A stretch of DNA of 63,729 nt, filler included, from Rhabdomonas costata (Eukaryota): assembly GCA_019059605.1 (NCBI GenBank). It is 26 parts of 26 records of this genome, joined end to end, with 100 filler letters (N's around TTAATTAATTAA, not from the genome) between each part and the next. Parts side by side here need not be neighbours in the genome. Positions count along the whole stretch, not along the records: positions 12,271 to 14,625 come from JAHMHO010003842.1; positions 14,726 to 17,081 come from JAHMHO010003843.1; positions 17,182 to 19,536 come from JAHMHO010003844.1; positions 19,637 to 21,994 come from JAHMHO010003845.1; positions 22,095 to 24,450 come from JAHMHO010003846.1; positions 24,551 to 26,903 come from JAHMHO010003847.1; 20 more parts are not named here. The stretch is one strand, 5' to 3'. The notes below the pieces were generated by a model. The model was not told the origin of the DNA, made no database searches, and saw only the letters and a program-made list of their open reading frames with translations. A program made the position numbers and the translations under genes. Below are positions 13,162 to 25,668 of the stretch, piece after piece. Within the stretch, counting starts at the first letter, position 1, and each line of letters starts with the position of its first letter.

Positions 13162-14316
13162 CTCAGAGAACGTCAGCATGCCCGACTCGTCCTCAAACTG
13201 GACCTCAGAGTAGATCTCGGAAACAACGTCGGTGGTCAAGGAACCTCCCAAGAGACCTAAATGAAAATAGGCCAAGCCACGGCACGGCCACGGAATCCTT
13301 CGAGTATAACTCTCCATTATAGAAACTGGCCCCCACGCACCAGCAAACACATTCCATGGTGCAATACCCAGATCATGTAACCACGGAAAAAGAAAGTGGA
13401 TGCATTTGTTGATCTCCAAGGGAAACAAACTGTAATGGCGGATTGAGCTTGGGAAATGTGAGGCCAAATCACAACTCTTCACAATCCCCTCCCCCTTTCT
13501 ACTTTGCTCGGGTATTTCACTGTATAGAGTCCTGCTAAATTATATCATCCTCGAGCACATAATAGCACCCCATCCTCCTCTTCGATCTCCGCACCGGCGT
13601 CCCTGACAAGCGCGGTGAGCTTGGAAGAGTCCAGCCGCTGCCTGACCTCAGGCTGCTGGCCTCGGGAGCAGTAGCTCCGGAACACCGCCAAGAGGTGCGG
13701 GCGGGACCGCACCAGCACCCCTTGCACCTCCGCAGAGCCCACTCGGGCCCGGAACTCCTCCCCGGAGTCCCTCCGCAGGTTGGCCGCCAGCCGCTGCAGC
13801 AGCTCCTTGGGTGAAAACAAGGGGGGGGGGACATGTAATGCAGCTCAAGCCGTGCAATGCAAGAAAGCGACGAATACTGACGTTGCAAAAACTCATAGGG
13901 CTGCACCCGTACAATTGGATTCACCGGGACCAAGCAATTGTCCATCGTCCAATGGTCCGCGAGACAGAGAGCTGAGAAGCAGAGAGAGAGGGGGGGGGTA
14001 TCACCTCTCTACCTTGAGGGACCCAGCGAGAACCTTGAATGTGAGAGCATAGCTTCTGTACCTAACAACCCGATCCGACAGGCTCATCCTTCCAACCCTC
14101 CCTTTCCCCCATCGCCAACCCTATGTAGAGTACCAGGAAGCTCTCTGCGGTGGAGGCGGAGCCCCCGCCCCCGAACCTCTTCACCGCGACTTGCAGCAGG
14201 GCCAACACCCACACCGAGGCGGTTAGCACGCACTCCCTGGGGTTTGCCAGCGAGGGGTCCTCCTCCGGGGCGGCCTCACACACCGAGGCCGCGGGTACCC
14301 CCGTGTGCAGCACAAT
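13162..14316 (-). CDS. Uncharacterised EF-hand-like helical protein, internal exons (14316-14134, 13805-13595, 13244-13162)
   Basis: Three exons join in phase via GT-AG introns: ...VWVLALLQVAVKRF...ESFL|ELLQRL...LLAVFRSYC...LTALVRDAG|SLTTDVVSEIYSEVQFEDESGMLTFSE. The pattern is like degenerate EF-hand pairs. Confidence 0.65.
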
Positions 14317-14744
14317 CTGACCAACAGCGAGGAAGGCAGCAGCGCTTTCACTGCCAGAGTTTCCCAAACCCAAACCCATAGCTACTTTCCAAACAACACG
14401 AGCCTGAGCTTGGTTGAGAAGATAGAGAAAAAGAAGGATTGAAGATGAATGAGGACATTTTAATCTGTCATTCACATGCATGATTTAACCCTGCTAAACG
14501 TATCCGAAGTATTTCCGGCACCAGAGACAGAAACAAAAAAGAAAACAAAAAATGCCTCATTACCCCTGCATCCCGGGGGTCACTGCACGCTTTCGGTTTG
14601 GGTCCTGTACCTTTTGGTTTGCCCGNNNNNNNNNNNNNNNNNNNNNNNNNNNNNNNNNNNNNNNNNNNNTTAATTAATTAANNNNNNNNNNNNNNNNNNN
14701 NNNNNNNNNNNNNNNNNNNNNNNNNGGGGGTGGGGTGTGTTTGG

Positions 14745-15600
14745 GTTGTGGTTGGAAGCTGATGATACCTTCTCGGTGCAAGCAAGTCCACACACGGTAA
14801 TACGAACAAATTGTTACACATTGCCATGAAAATGGTTCCACATTTACCTCATCCTCCGTCCATAAGTATTGGAAATGAATCCATCATTTAGTCATTTTAC
14901 CATACCAATTATCCACACATTACTCGTGTACGTTTGACATTTTTGAATCTTCCACATCATCGCTAACTTTTGCCACAGAGGAACTACTGATCATCCCTAT
15001 GCACCACCCATGGGCATCTGCCGTTTACCACCACACGTGGATATCTTCCTCTAAGTTGGGTCAGTATATATCCAGCTAGGATTTGGTGCTGATGGCGTGG
15101 CGGGACACCCCGGGCAAAATAACCACACAGCCTGAGTACCTTTTCATCAACAAGTCTTCAAGGGTAGATTGGTCTGCACAAACAAGACATTTGATGGACC
15201 ACGCCAGGGAGCAGCAACAGCAACTGCGGCAGCTGAACAACAGGTGCTGGACCCAAAGTAGAACCACATTATGGCGAAAAACCTATCTCTAGTCAGATTA
15301 ATACAAAACGTTCCGAAGCAGTGATGGTGATGCAAACCGGCCTGATTCCTGATTCGCCATGCCCCTGGCCACCACGGCGTCGGACGAGGACTGGTGACAT
15401 CGGGGTGCACGTTTTACCCGGTGGCGCCGTATTCCGAAGACCGGAACAGAAAAACTGGCACGCCAAGAGGGTGCGCCAACATGGTAGGTATGAACCGTTG
15501 ATGTTGGGAGTCTTAGAGTGTTCTTCTTTTTTCATTTAATCACTGGCAAACAGAGATCGAAGGTAATTTCATGATCGACCGGTTGAGTGGCATATCCTGG
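14745..15600 (-). mobile_element. Decayed DIRS1-like retroelement (RT, RNase H, MT region)
   Basis: Frameshifted fragments in DIRS order: QPVDHEITFDL (cf. QPGDWxxxxDL), CQFFCSGLRNTAP...MSPVL...GIR (RT), TADAHGW (RNase H DASxxGW), IFMAMCNNLFVLPCVDLLAPRRYHQLP (cf. IDLFASxxNHQLP). Confidence 0.5.
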
Positions 15601-17389
15601 AAAAGGGCAGCCACCGATTCCGTACCCGACCGGTACAAATGGTGTATGTATGCTTGTTTGTGTTCTGCGCTGCAAAAGAAGCGATCAGTCATGTCAGGTT
15701 AGATTCAATAACGATTTCTTTGTATGGAAAGGACCATTTGTAACGGTCCTTCTAATGTCAGAAACCGATTCATCACACCCCTGCCAAGGATCACTCCTTG
15801 CCCGGAAACACATACTCCCACAACACATACTTTCACCCACGTTTTCCCACTAACGAAATTCACTTTTGGCCAAATGACCTTTCTGGTCATTCCCCTTGAC
15901 CATTGCTACTGTCTTTTCCCTGCCCAATACCCGTTGTATTTTTCGTGCTTTTCTTCCTGCATTTGGTTTCCTTTGGTACCGCTTTTCCCCCGCGGACCTT
16001 TTGGTCACTTGAGCCTACCGGCTTGTTTTGAAATTTGCTACCGCATTAGACCAAAACTAAAGGAATCTAATTGGAAACCCCCTTTTGCTGGACCAAAACT
16101 CCCAACCTCACAAAACTAACGGATTTGACCCGAAAACATAGGCCAATGAATTGATGTAAATATTCCCCATTCTTTTCATACACATTTGCTTTTCATTTCC
16201 AAGCTTTTACACACTCTTCTTCCCTCTCTCAATTCCCGTATTTTTTTCAATCCGAAGAACCGTGGTTACAATGTGTTTTTTTTTGGTTTCCTTCTAACGC
16301 TTTTGTTTTAGGGTTGGGGAAGAGAGGACTTTAAACTAAATTACTACCGAAATCAGTGAAGTATTTTGTAAAAGTCCGTAAGTATCAGTAAACCGGGCCC
16401 TGAGCCCAGTACGAGGTTCGGGCGACAGAGCCCTATCACCTGGTAGCAGAGGTTGGGTGCGACCTACCGGCCTCAGCTGTGTGAATTTTCTTTTCTTTTC
16501 GTTCCTACCGACTTTTTGTGTCCAATTTTTGTTTTCTTCTACCGACTTTGGAAGAAAAGGTTTTCTTTTGAAGGTTTTGTTCTATTGCTACCGCTTTTCC
16601 ACCACCGGATTTTAGTAAGAAGAAATTCTTTTGAAAGGGAATCCCCCGCCGAATCCAATGGAGTTGGCCGCCGTGCAGTCACACGCTCATGGACTTGGAG
16701 CCTGTTTGGGTCTCTCGACTACTGCGTTTCAAACTAACGGAGAAACCCCAATGACTAACGTCGCAGTTTCCAGCAATTCCCGACATTGACACTAGCGCCC
16801 TTCAGAGTGCCGCCACGTGAGTCCCAACAGGGGCCGTGACATAATAGAGTCGCCGTATATGGAACGCGACAGAAGAAAGTCCCCCTACCGCGGAAAAGAT
16901 CGAGATGAGCGGAGCCCAAGCCGAGAGGCGCGCGACTCACCACGAAACGGTTAGGAACGAGGCCGCTCGTATCAGGACAGAAACAGAAGGAACTCACCTC
17001 GAGACCGAGGGGACCTACGTCCGCCCGCACGAGACAAAGTTTACGAGCGGATCAGCCAGAGGCCACCGTACCCACCAACCCNNNNNNNNNNNNNNNNNNN
17101 NNNNNNNNNNNNNNNNNNNNNNNNNTTAATTAATTAANNNNNNNNNNNNNNNNNNNNNNNNNNNNNNNNNNNNNNNNNNNNGTGTGTGCCTGCTGTTCGC
17201 CGCGGAATTTTTTCACCCTATTGGCTATCATCAGAGGGGGATTTGCGGCTGGCGAACACAGCAGCGTTTTGCGGCAGAGAGGAAGGCTCCCGGCAAGGTG
17301 ACTGGAGCGGAGGGGAGATGAGGGACCCGTGGATAGAGCGTCCTCAATGCTTTGTCACTGCGAACTATAGGGATATCTACCTCTACATA

Positions 17390-17944
17390 ATGTCCCGCTT
17401 TCTTGGAGTGGTGGCCCTGGCCTTGGCCTTGGCATCGTTCTGGGTTGCTGATGGAAAAACTATAACGCTTGGCAAGGAGCAGGCTAACCAGAATGTGATC
17501 CTGGGGGAGCATGACGACCTGCGCATCGAGCTCCCCACAGACCCTTCTTCAGGTTTTGGTTTCTTTCGGTTGAACTTTGGGTTCCCTGGTCTGTTAATTT
17601 TTTGCGCTCTTCTGTATTTCCAATGCTCTGTTTTATCAGGCTACCATTGGCACCCTGTGTTTGACTATTCTGTGCTGACGAACACGGAGAATGCGTGCGT
17701 GTACACCGACACTGAGCGTCGCACGGACACCCTCTTTTCCAGCCGCAACTGTACCACTGTGCTGGGCTTCGTGAGCAAGACGTCGCACGATAACTCGAGA
17801 ATCGATGTGATGAGTGTTCGCGCGGCCAACTTCGAATTCAAGCCGGCCACCCCAGCGGAGATTGTGACCTTCTACGTGCTGGTGGAAAAGCCCTACAAGG
17901 CTGAAATCCCCCATTTTGAGTTTGGAGCTCCGCCCGCGCCATAA
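17390..17944 (+). CDS. Secreted chagasin-like (I42 cysteine-peptidase-inhibitor fold) protein, copy 1; intron 17553-17639; 155 aa
   Basis: Signal peptide MSRFLGVVALALALASFWVADG. Splicing restores LRIELPTDPSSG|YHW (chagasin NPTTGYxW motif). Ends TAA. Confidence 0.75.
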   Translation: MSRFLGVVALALALASFWVADGKTITLGKEQANQNVILGEHDDLRIELPTDPSSGFGFFRLNFGFPGLLIFCALLYFQCSVLSGYHWHPVFDYSVLTNTENACVYTDTERRTDTLFSSRNCTTVLGFVSKTSHDNSRIDVMSVRAANFEFKPATPAEIVTFYVLVEKPYKAEIPHFEFGAPPAP

Positions 17945-18943
17945 ACGATCCGCTTTGTCTTCTGGACCTCATCAGCTCCTTGTTCTTTTTTGTGACGCAT
18001 GTGTGATATGTGTTTGCTGCGGTGTGTACCGAGAGCACATCGTCGCGTTGCGTTTGTTAGAGGTTTTCCTGCTTCCCGTAGGGAAACCCTTTCACTGTAA
18101 ACTGAAACCTGCTTTTCTGGTGCAAACCTCGCTGGCTGCATACTTACAGGTCCACACCACTGTGTTCTTTTGCTTTGTGGTGCTTAGATTCTTGTTTTAA
18201 GCTTTCGAAGGGCAGATGTGGTCCTCTTGTGATGCATTAGATGTCCCGTGCCTCTACACGGTGTTCTTTGGAGGTGGAGCAAGACCAGACGTCACTGAGT
18301 GGACCATTAGAGAAGTTGGGGGGTCTTCATTCATTTTCTTTTCCCATTTTCATAAATAGCACGAGAAACTAAACGGTGGTGGGTTTTCCCGAGTGTTGAA
18401 CCGATGCTGGTGGGAGGAAGGTCCGGGCGCTGGTGGTCTGTATACAAAAACCGTTAATCGCATTGGAAGTATCGGTGAAGTAGCAGGTAGTAGCCCCTCC
18501 CCCCGAGTACACACCCACCCAAATGTGGTGAGCATCGCGCAGATTTTGTTTTGGTTTTCCGGTTTCGAAAAATTGGGGCATCCTTGAATTATCAGCATTT
18601 AAAGCCGTGTCTGACGACAGTGGAGGAGAAGGCATTTGCTGAGTAATTTCGTGCTCCCTTGCACACTCATCTGTGTATGCTTCTATGCGGGACATGTTGC
18701 TATTTTGACCGCAAACGCGGCCGAATGTGTGCAATGCATCGTGAATAAGTATCCTGCACGGCCATGAACGGCAAAGGCTTGCTCCCGGTTGGATACAGAG
18801 AACTTATATAAAAAGGGATTATGTTGGTGGAAGACACCAGAGATGTTTCGCGAACATACTGTGCAATTAACATTCTCTGAATGCTGCGAGTCGAAAACCA
18901 GTTCCCTGCAAATCGATAGGACCTCACCTCTACAATTGCCACA

Positions 18944-19470
18944 ATGTCCCGTTTTCTCGGAGTGGTGGTCCTGGCTTTGACCTTGGCCTTGTCATCTTTC
19001 TCGGCTACCCATGCCCGAGTTCTTACAGTGGGCAAGGAGGCTGCCAACGAGAAGGTGATCCTGGGGGAGCATGACGAGCTTCGCATCGAGCTTCCGACAA
19101 ACCCTTCCTCAGGTTTCTGGATTTCAAGCGTATTTTCGATTGTGATTGTCTTTTCTTTCATCTGTGCTGATGTTGCTGAACTCTCTCAGGTTTTCATTGG
19201 CACCCTGTGTTTGATGGCTCTGTGCTGAAACTCACCTCGATGTATTGCAAGTATACCGACACAGAGCGTCGCTTGTTCGGTGTCCACAACTGCACCACGG
19301 TGCTGTCCTTCGTTAGCAAGGCGCAGGACAAGGCAACACAGATCGAAGTGAAACAAATGCGCGCACACAACTTCAACGTGCCCCGCACGGAGATTGTGAC
19401 CTTCCATGTCATCGCGGAAAAGCCGTACAAGCCCCATCGCGGTGAGTCTGGGGCTCCGCAGAAGCCTTAA
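18944..19470 (+). CDS. Secreted chagasin-like protein, tandem copy 2; intron 19113-19189; 149 aa
   Basis: Clear paralogue of copy 1 with an intron at the same position and phase; LRIELPTNPSSG|FHW. Ends TAA. Confidence 0.78.
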
Positions 19471-19636
19471 ATGCGCTTCTTTTTCTTCGTCTTACTAGCT
19501 GTTTGCTGCCCTTTGATGTTTCTGTCCTGTCCATTTNNNNNNNNNNNNNNNNNNNNNNNNNNNNNNNNNNNNNNNNNNNNTTAATTAATTAANNNNNNNN
19601 NNNNNNNNNNNNNNNNNNNNNNNNNNNNNNNNNNNN

Positions 19637-21401
19637 GTTGGGGTGGGGTCCGCGCCATGGTGCTGCACAGCCAGGCCCGCGACATTCAGCTCTCCAATCG
19701 TGCAAGGTGCGTGTGTGTGTGTGTGAACTTTTTTAGCTGTCCACCAGGAAAGCGGGTCTAAGCCCGGAGTGGGATGGAGGACCCAAACCCAGAAGGGCAA
19801 TAGCGCCCAAAGGGAAGTGTACGAACGCGGAAGGTTGAGTATTCACAAAAAAATCTCTAAACGCGCCAATCGGGGTTCCCAAGGCCCCGCGTACACTGTG
19901 GATCGGGGGTCACATGGGGTAAACCAACCCTACGTGACAAGACAGCGGGACAAGGTACCATGGGCTGACAAGGTTGTGAGGCCCGATGGGCCCATGCCCC
20001 ATCGAAAGGAGGGAGCCCAGGGGGGAAGTGGACCTCGAGTCCTCCCCAGAAAAAACTCATCCTTGCCAAGTGCACCAAGTGTGAGAACTTTTTTAGCTGT
20101 CATCTTCAGTGTCGATACTGAATGAGGCTCCGGAGGCAACCCCAGCCAGGCACCCACGTTCCACAGGGAGGTCCTGTTGGGGGTGGGGGCCAAAGTTGCC
20201 TTCACCATCACGCCGAAGTGAGATAAGCGTGTTAGACGTGAATATGTATTCCAGCCGATATTCGACGCGTGACAGGTTTCGTGGTCAGGGTCCACCATCA
20301 TGAATGAGAATCCGTGAGATTAAGACATGGAATTGTCTCCTGCTGTCATGCGCAACTCGCCCTGTGCCCTTTTTGTGAGAAGTGAAATGTGGACTGCAAA
20401 GTTAAGACCTCCTCCAAAGCAAAGACAAAAAGTTAGAGGACACTAAGATGGCAATCAATTCTGCATCTTTGGGACGAAATTGAAGGCATCGATGCTATTT
20501 AAGTTCGAATTTTGCCTAATTTCTCCTAATTTGCCTTAAATTTGCCCCTTTTGCATATTTTTTGTTGTTATGCATTTTATGGCCGTTCCATTTATTGTCA
20601 AATTTGACTCCTCTGGGGGGCCTCCTGGATACTTCACAAGCGGGCAAAGGAAGGGCATGCAGCAAGAAGGAATTTCAGGGGGACGATTGTGTCTTAGGAT
20701 CAAAATGAGGCCTGGGCCAGAAAGTTTCGGATTTGCCATTTTGTCTATGTAGAGGACCCTTTTCAAATTGAGTTTTGTCGTGTTCTTTGACATTAAATCG
20801 GCACTGCGGCACAGGTAGTAGTGGGGAAGAAGGATACAGCTTCGCTTGCAGCCTCCCTCTGCTCTGCTTCTTTCTCTCCCTCTTTTGCGTGCACAATACC
20901 TTTTGTATTTCTGCACCGCCCCGGACACCTGTGCGTGTGCCTGTGGGGCCCCACCCAACCCTCGCCTCCGCCTGTAGGGATCGCCGGTGGCCCCTGCACA
21001 ACACGGGCATCAATGCCCCGCCGTACCCGAGGATGACCATCCACGGCATGTGCTTTGACGCAGTCGGGGAGTCCTCGTGCCGGCCCCCAACCTTCCTGGG
21101 GAAGGCCTCCTCACGGGGCTCCCCTGACGAGCCCGAAGGGGGGGCGGACCCCCACGGCTCTCTCCGCAGCGCCACCGCTGTGAATATGAACGTCGTGGTG
21201 GGGGGCGCCGTGGTGTGCGTGGGCTTCGTTGTGGCGATTGCCACTCTGCTGGGACTGCACTCGTGCCGCAGTGGGGGCCGCGGGGACTCCGCGGGGCACC
21301 CCGCGTCGGAGTTTACTGCTCTGAACCCCCGGGTGCCCGACTCGGCGTATGGCGCCAGCCCTCCTCTGAACACCATGCAGAACTCCCCTGGGCTGTGGTG
21401 A
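19637..21401 (+). CDS. 3' end of an unknown single-pass membrane protein (exons to 19706 and 20978-21401)
   Basis: GT-AG intron 19707-20977 joins ...DIQLSNRAR|DRRWPLHN... in phase; transmembrane segment VVVGGAVVCVGFVVAIATLLGL; TGA stop. Confidence 0.65.
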
Positions 21402-21914
21402 GGGGTGAAGGTTGAAGAGGTTGAAGTAAGGGCGCGGTTCCGGAAGTGGCAGAAGAGACGGGTTATCTCATTTTGCTTTTTTTGCTCTGTTACGAAAACG
21501 CAGGAGACAGACACATTGTTGGGTCATGCCGTGTTCATTGTTGCTGTGATGCTGTTGAGGTAAACTTTCTGGAATCGGAATACGGACCCCCGGTGGGTGG
21601 ATGACTTGCTTCCTGTGTGTTTGTTAGTTGCGATGTAGTGTCAACTGGCGTTACCATTATTTTGGGTTTGAAATTCGCAATCACCCACTTCATTGCGCCG
21701 AGCCACAGTCGCTGAAGCCGTGGGGCGATTCGGTTTGCGGTGCTCGCCCCCTCAGAACAAGTATCAGTGCATCAGGTGGTGGCCAGTTCAGTTTGCGTAA
21801 TTGCCCGTGTGAAACAAGTCAAGCGCAATTGAACTTAAGTCAACGAACGGCTCAAGATCAACAAAGTCGATGCACCCATTTTCTTTTTCTTTTCCGCCCT
21901 ACCGTGTCAGTTCC

Positions 21915-21990
21915 TTGCCGACGTCTCGGAGTTGAACCCGCGACATTTGGCACGGGTACCACATACTTACCCCCCCCCCGGGGGTTACCC
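21915..21990 (-). mobile_element. Possible tRNA-derived SINE head remnant
   Basis: Minus strand reads ...GTCGCGGGTTCAACTCCG..., a Pol III B-box/T-arm-like motif. No complete cloverleaf; truncated by the contig end. Confidence 0.25.
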
Positions 21991-22571
21991 CCCANNNNNN
22001 NNNNNNNNNNNNNNNNNNNNNNNNNNNNNNNNNNNNNNTTAATTAATTAANNNNNNNNNNNNNNNNNNNNNNNNNNNNNNNNNNNNNNNNNNNNACCAGG
22101 TGTTGGGATAGGCGTAAGGTGAACGTCACCATGGTTATGCTGCCGATGCACAGTGTGGTAAGCCATAGTGGTTGTAGCCTGTACCTATCCCTTCACTCCG
22201 TGGTGGTGGTAGTGGTCAAGGCATGTCCTACGGCAGCACCTCATGTAGAAGGAGTGTCAGCCTACCGTTGGATGTGCTCTACCCTACTCACTCATCCGGT
22301 GGTGGTCATGGCAGTGTTGGTGCTGGTGTCGTAGCCGCTACCAACCAGTGACGTGGTATGGGTATCACAACCCTGTCAATCCACCCACTGTGTTGCTGCT
22401 GTTACGCTGCTAGTGCTTATGCTGGTGTGATGTCTGATGGTGGAAGTGCCATAGTGGAGGGTGCCACAACCCAACATGATGGTATGGATGCCTCAGTCAC
22501 TCCCACTCACAGCATCAACGCTTCAGAGGAACCATGCTCAGGGTGTCAGGGTGTAGAGTTGACAGCCCAAT

Positions 22572-22870
22572 GCTAAGGGTATGCGTAAGGCTAAGGCTAA
22601 GCGTTCATGCTGATGCTAAGGTTGAAGCGTAGACCTAAGGCTAATGGTTGACATCCACACTAAGGCAAGGTCGATGCATAGGGTGTAACGCTAAGCATAA
22701 GCCCAAGGGTAACACCTGATGCTGACTGTAACGCTAACCCAACGCAAAGAGACCTGAACCATCACTCAGGGTATGGGAGTAAGGAGTAAGGGTAATGCCT
22801 TAAGCCTGAAACCCAACTGAGGGGTTCCTCTGTGGCTACGCCCGGTCGGAACTCACGTAAGCGCCTTAGG
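22572..22870. repeat. Degenerate hexamer array (CTAAGG/GTAAGG/CTAACC-like, telomere-repeat-like)
   Basis: Repeated ctaagg, gtaagg, ctaagc, taacgc and taaccc units with about 6-nt periodicity. Confidence 0.5.
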
Positions 22871-23299
22871 GCGGTGGTGTGAGTGAAGAGACACGTGTAT
22901 AGAAGGGTGTTGATGGGTTGAGTTACCGTAACCGTGCTTATGCCGGTGGAGGGAACGAAGAGGAATATCTAAGGCGGTGTGTATTTCACTGGAAGAGTGT
23001 TATGGTAGATAAGTCATGGTGCCAACGCTACTGATGACACGCTGAAGATAAAGGAGTGATTTGGAAATAAAATTAAATCTTACAATGTTTAGGCGCTCTT
23101 TCTCCGACTCATCCAAACTGTGGCGATTCCACATTAGTAATGTATATTTTGTGTTTCGGTGTCCTCCATTTTTTCATTGTGTCTTTTTAGTTTGAGTTTT
23201 CTGAGGAATTTAGGAGGAATTTAGACCGCTTCTTTTTCTATAATTCAAAACAGTGTTTCCAGCAAGTCCAATTTCAGAAGCTCAAAAACTTAGAGAAGA

Positions 23300-24400
23300 G
23301 ACACCTCCATCGGTGTTCAACTCTTGAAATTCCTTTTGAAACTGTTGATACACATAACTTCCAGCAAGAGGTCCGTCCGGTTGAAATTCATGATACACGG
23401 CTTGATGTTGGTGATCCGTGACATAAGGCAAACATGTACGCCTGCTCCATCTCCGTGTGTTTTTTGGGCTGAAGCTCTGTGATATCCGCATTGGCCAACG
23501 TGGCCAAGTTCCTGCATTTCAAATGGGATGAACTCGCATAAATATAAAACAAGTCTGACAATTTTGCGGACTTTGCCAAAGATGTAGATATGTTCTGCTT
23601 GATCTTACTCTTGATTTTGTAGGTACCATTGGATTTACATCTGGTTCTTCCTCTGGTTTATCAAGATGTCATGCCATACCACAAACTGGTAGTGGGCAGC
23701 TTGCGGTTGCCGAACTCAGCTGACTTTGATTGCTCATAGTAAAGAGCTCGGTGCACAAAGACCAAGTCAAAGTTTAGCTGCGCAAGCAATTCCCTCCTGC
23801 ATCTCTGCCAATACATTGGTGCTGATCGTCTGGTTGGTTATCTGCAAAGCTCCTTTCCAATGATAATGAAAATGGGACGTCATACTCTGTTTTATCTCTA
23901 CCATGCGGAACAGTGCATTCCAAAATGTACTTTCAAACTTTGTTTCACTGTCGGAGATAATGCTCGAAGGAAATAAGCGATGACCAGCGACGACAACATC
24001 GTGTATAACCTTGGTGCTTTGGTCTTGTATAGTGGATTAAGATAATTTGCTTTGTGCCACGGTCCATTAAAGTGACGTGATTGACCATCTTACTCGTATT
24101 TTTAATTTCCGTAAGACTGGTTCAATCCATGGAAATTTACTGAAAATGCCTCATTGACATATACAGATCCATCTGGCGTCTGTAAAGATAATGCTGAGCA
24201 TTTGCCTGAAGACACCACACACACCTCTTGTAGTTGTTTAGCGTAGAACCAGACTCCGTTGATGATCAATTCGGTACATTTGCCTAATGATACAAACGGT
24301 ATTATTGAGTCGACAATGACCTGCAACTGTAAGGTCATGGTACTGATACAGTGATCCTCATAATCTCCTTAGATAAGGTTTTTGGGGACGATGATGAGGT
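23300..24400 (-). mobile_element. Decayed Ty3/gypsy LTR-retrotransposon integrase
   Basis: Zn-finger start YHDLTVAGH, then core FPSSIISDSETKFESTFWNALFRMVEIKQSMTSHFHYHWKGALQITNQTI (cf. PxSIVSDRDxxFxSxFW...TSAYHPQTDG.TER.NQT). Many stops and frameshifts; AT-rich. Confidence 0.8.
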
Positions 24401-25530
24401 ATAGCTACCAATGCGTACACAGTGGAATCAACTGGATCATTTATGGTCTCNNNNNNNNNNNNNNNNNNNNNNNNNNNNNNNNNNNNNNNNNNNNTTAATT
24501 AATTAANNNNNNNNNNNNNNNNNNNNNNNNNNNNNNNNNNNNNNNNNNNNGACCGGTGCCCGTCCGTTCTCCTTTTTTTTTTTTGCGTGCCGCTGTCAGC
24601 GGAAGTGCCGGTTTTCCTGTGCGGTGAGTACCTGATCCGTTGTGTTGTGTAGGACAACTGTAAAAGGTTTGTGCCGTTTTTTTTTCTGTGCGGCTCAGCA
24701 AATTAGGGGCGGTTTCGGTTGGTGGGTGATGGTGACGGCTTTTAACCAGGGCCATGGTACCTTGCTGCCACTCCTGAGCAGAGCTGTAGTGCATGTTTTC
24801 CATAGTGATTATTGGGGTCATCCGCGGTGTGTCTTGGAACCTTTGTCTGGTCTTCTCTATGCAGGTTTATCCTCGAGTATGGCGTCCGATGTTGTGAGCA
24901 CACGCTTTACGTTCGGTTACCTTCGGTTAAGTTTGAGTTTTTAGTTGGGTTTAGGAGCTTGATCGTCTTTTTGGTGTTTATAATGTGTGTGGGAATGACC
25001 GCTTTCATGGTTACAAGTTTTTTCTGGTGGAGTAAAAAGCTCAAAAGGCCTCCCGCTCTGCCAGTTTCGCGGCGGGCTGGCCAGCAACCAGCAACGGGTT
25101 TGCCTCTTGTCTGTATAACATGGGGAGTGCTGGCCTAACCCAAACCCCTTCACAGAAAAGGAAATCAATGGCGCAGTTTCCCCGCTTGCACTAGTTTACG
25201 TAATCCAAGGACGTTGACACAGTGAACGAGAATTTAAGGTTCATTTGGGTTTCAGTCGCTGCTAGTATTGCCGTCACTGCTGGTAACTGCTCACTTGGGC
25301 CGTCCTTTAGTGCCCCAAAAGTTACAGTGCTCTGTGAATCAGCAATGCAGACGCAAGGGCGCTCGAGGAGCTCCAAAAAGCGGAGGGAGTTCCTTTGTGC
25401 GCATGCTGGTCTCTTTTTCTGCTTCATATGAGCAGTTTTCTATGTAGCTGACACTCAGCTGCTTCCTTACGTGTCTCTCACGTGTGTCGGTGGGGGCCCA
25501 CTCCAGAGATGGCTCTCGACGCCCGCTGCG

Positions 25531-25668
25531 ATGGGTGCAACCACGTCAAAGAAGATGGGCTCCATAGTGTGGTCCTCCCGATGGATTCGGCCAAGGTTAG
25601 ATTGCTTTCTCCCCTTTGCTGTCTCACTCCTCCTCATAGTCGCATTTGAGGGTTATCACAATATCAGG
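25531..25668 (+). CDS. Probable first exon of a type II membrane protein
   Basis: MGATTSKKMGSIVWSSRWIRPRLDCFLPFAVSLLLIVAFEGYHNIR followed by an AG|GTGTGA donor. Downstream exons are uncertain. Confidence 0.35.

Noticed and set aside
17186-17944. 252-aa ORF with an extra hydrophobic segment
   Set aside because: It reads through the 5' region and an 87-nt in-frame intron; the paralogue has a frame-breaking intron at the same site.
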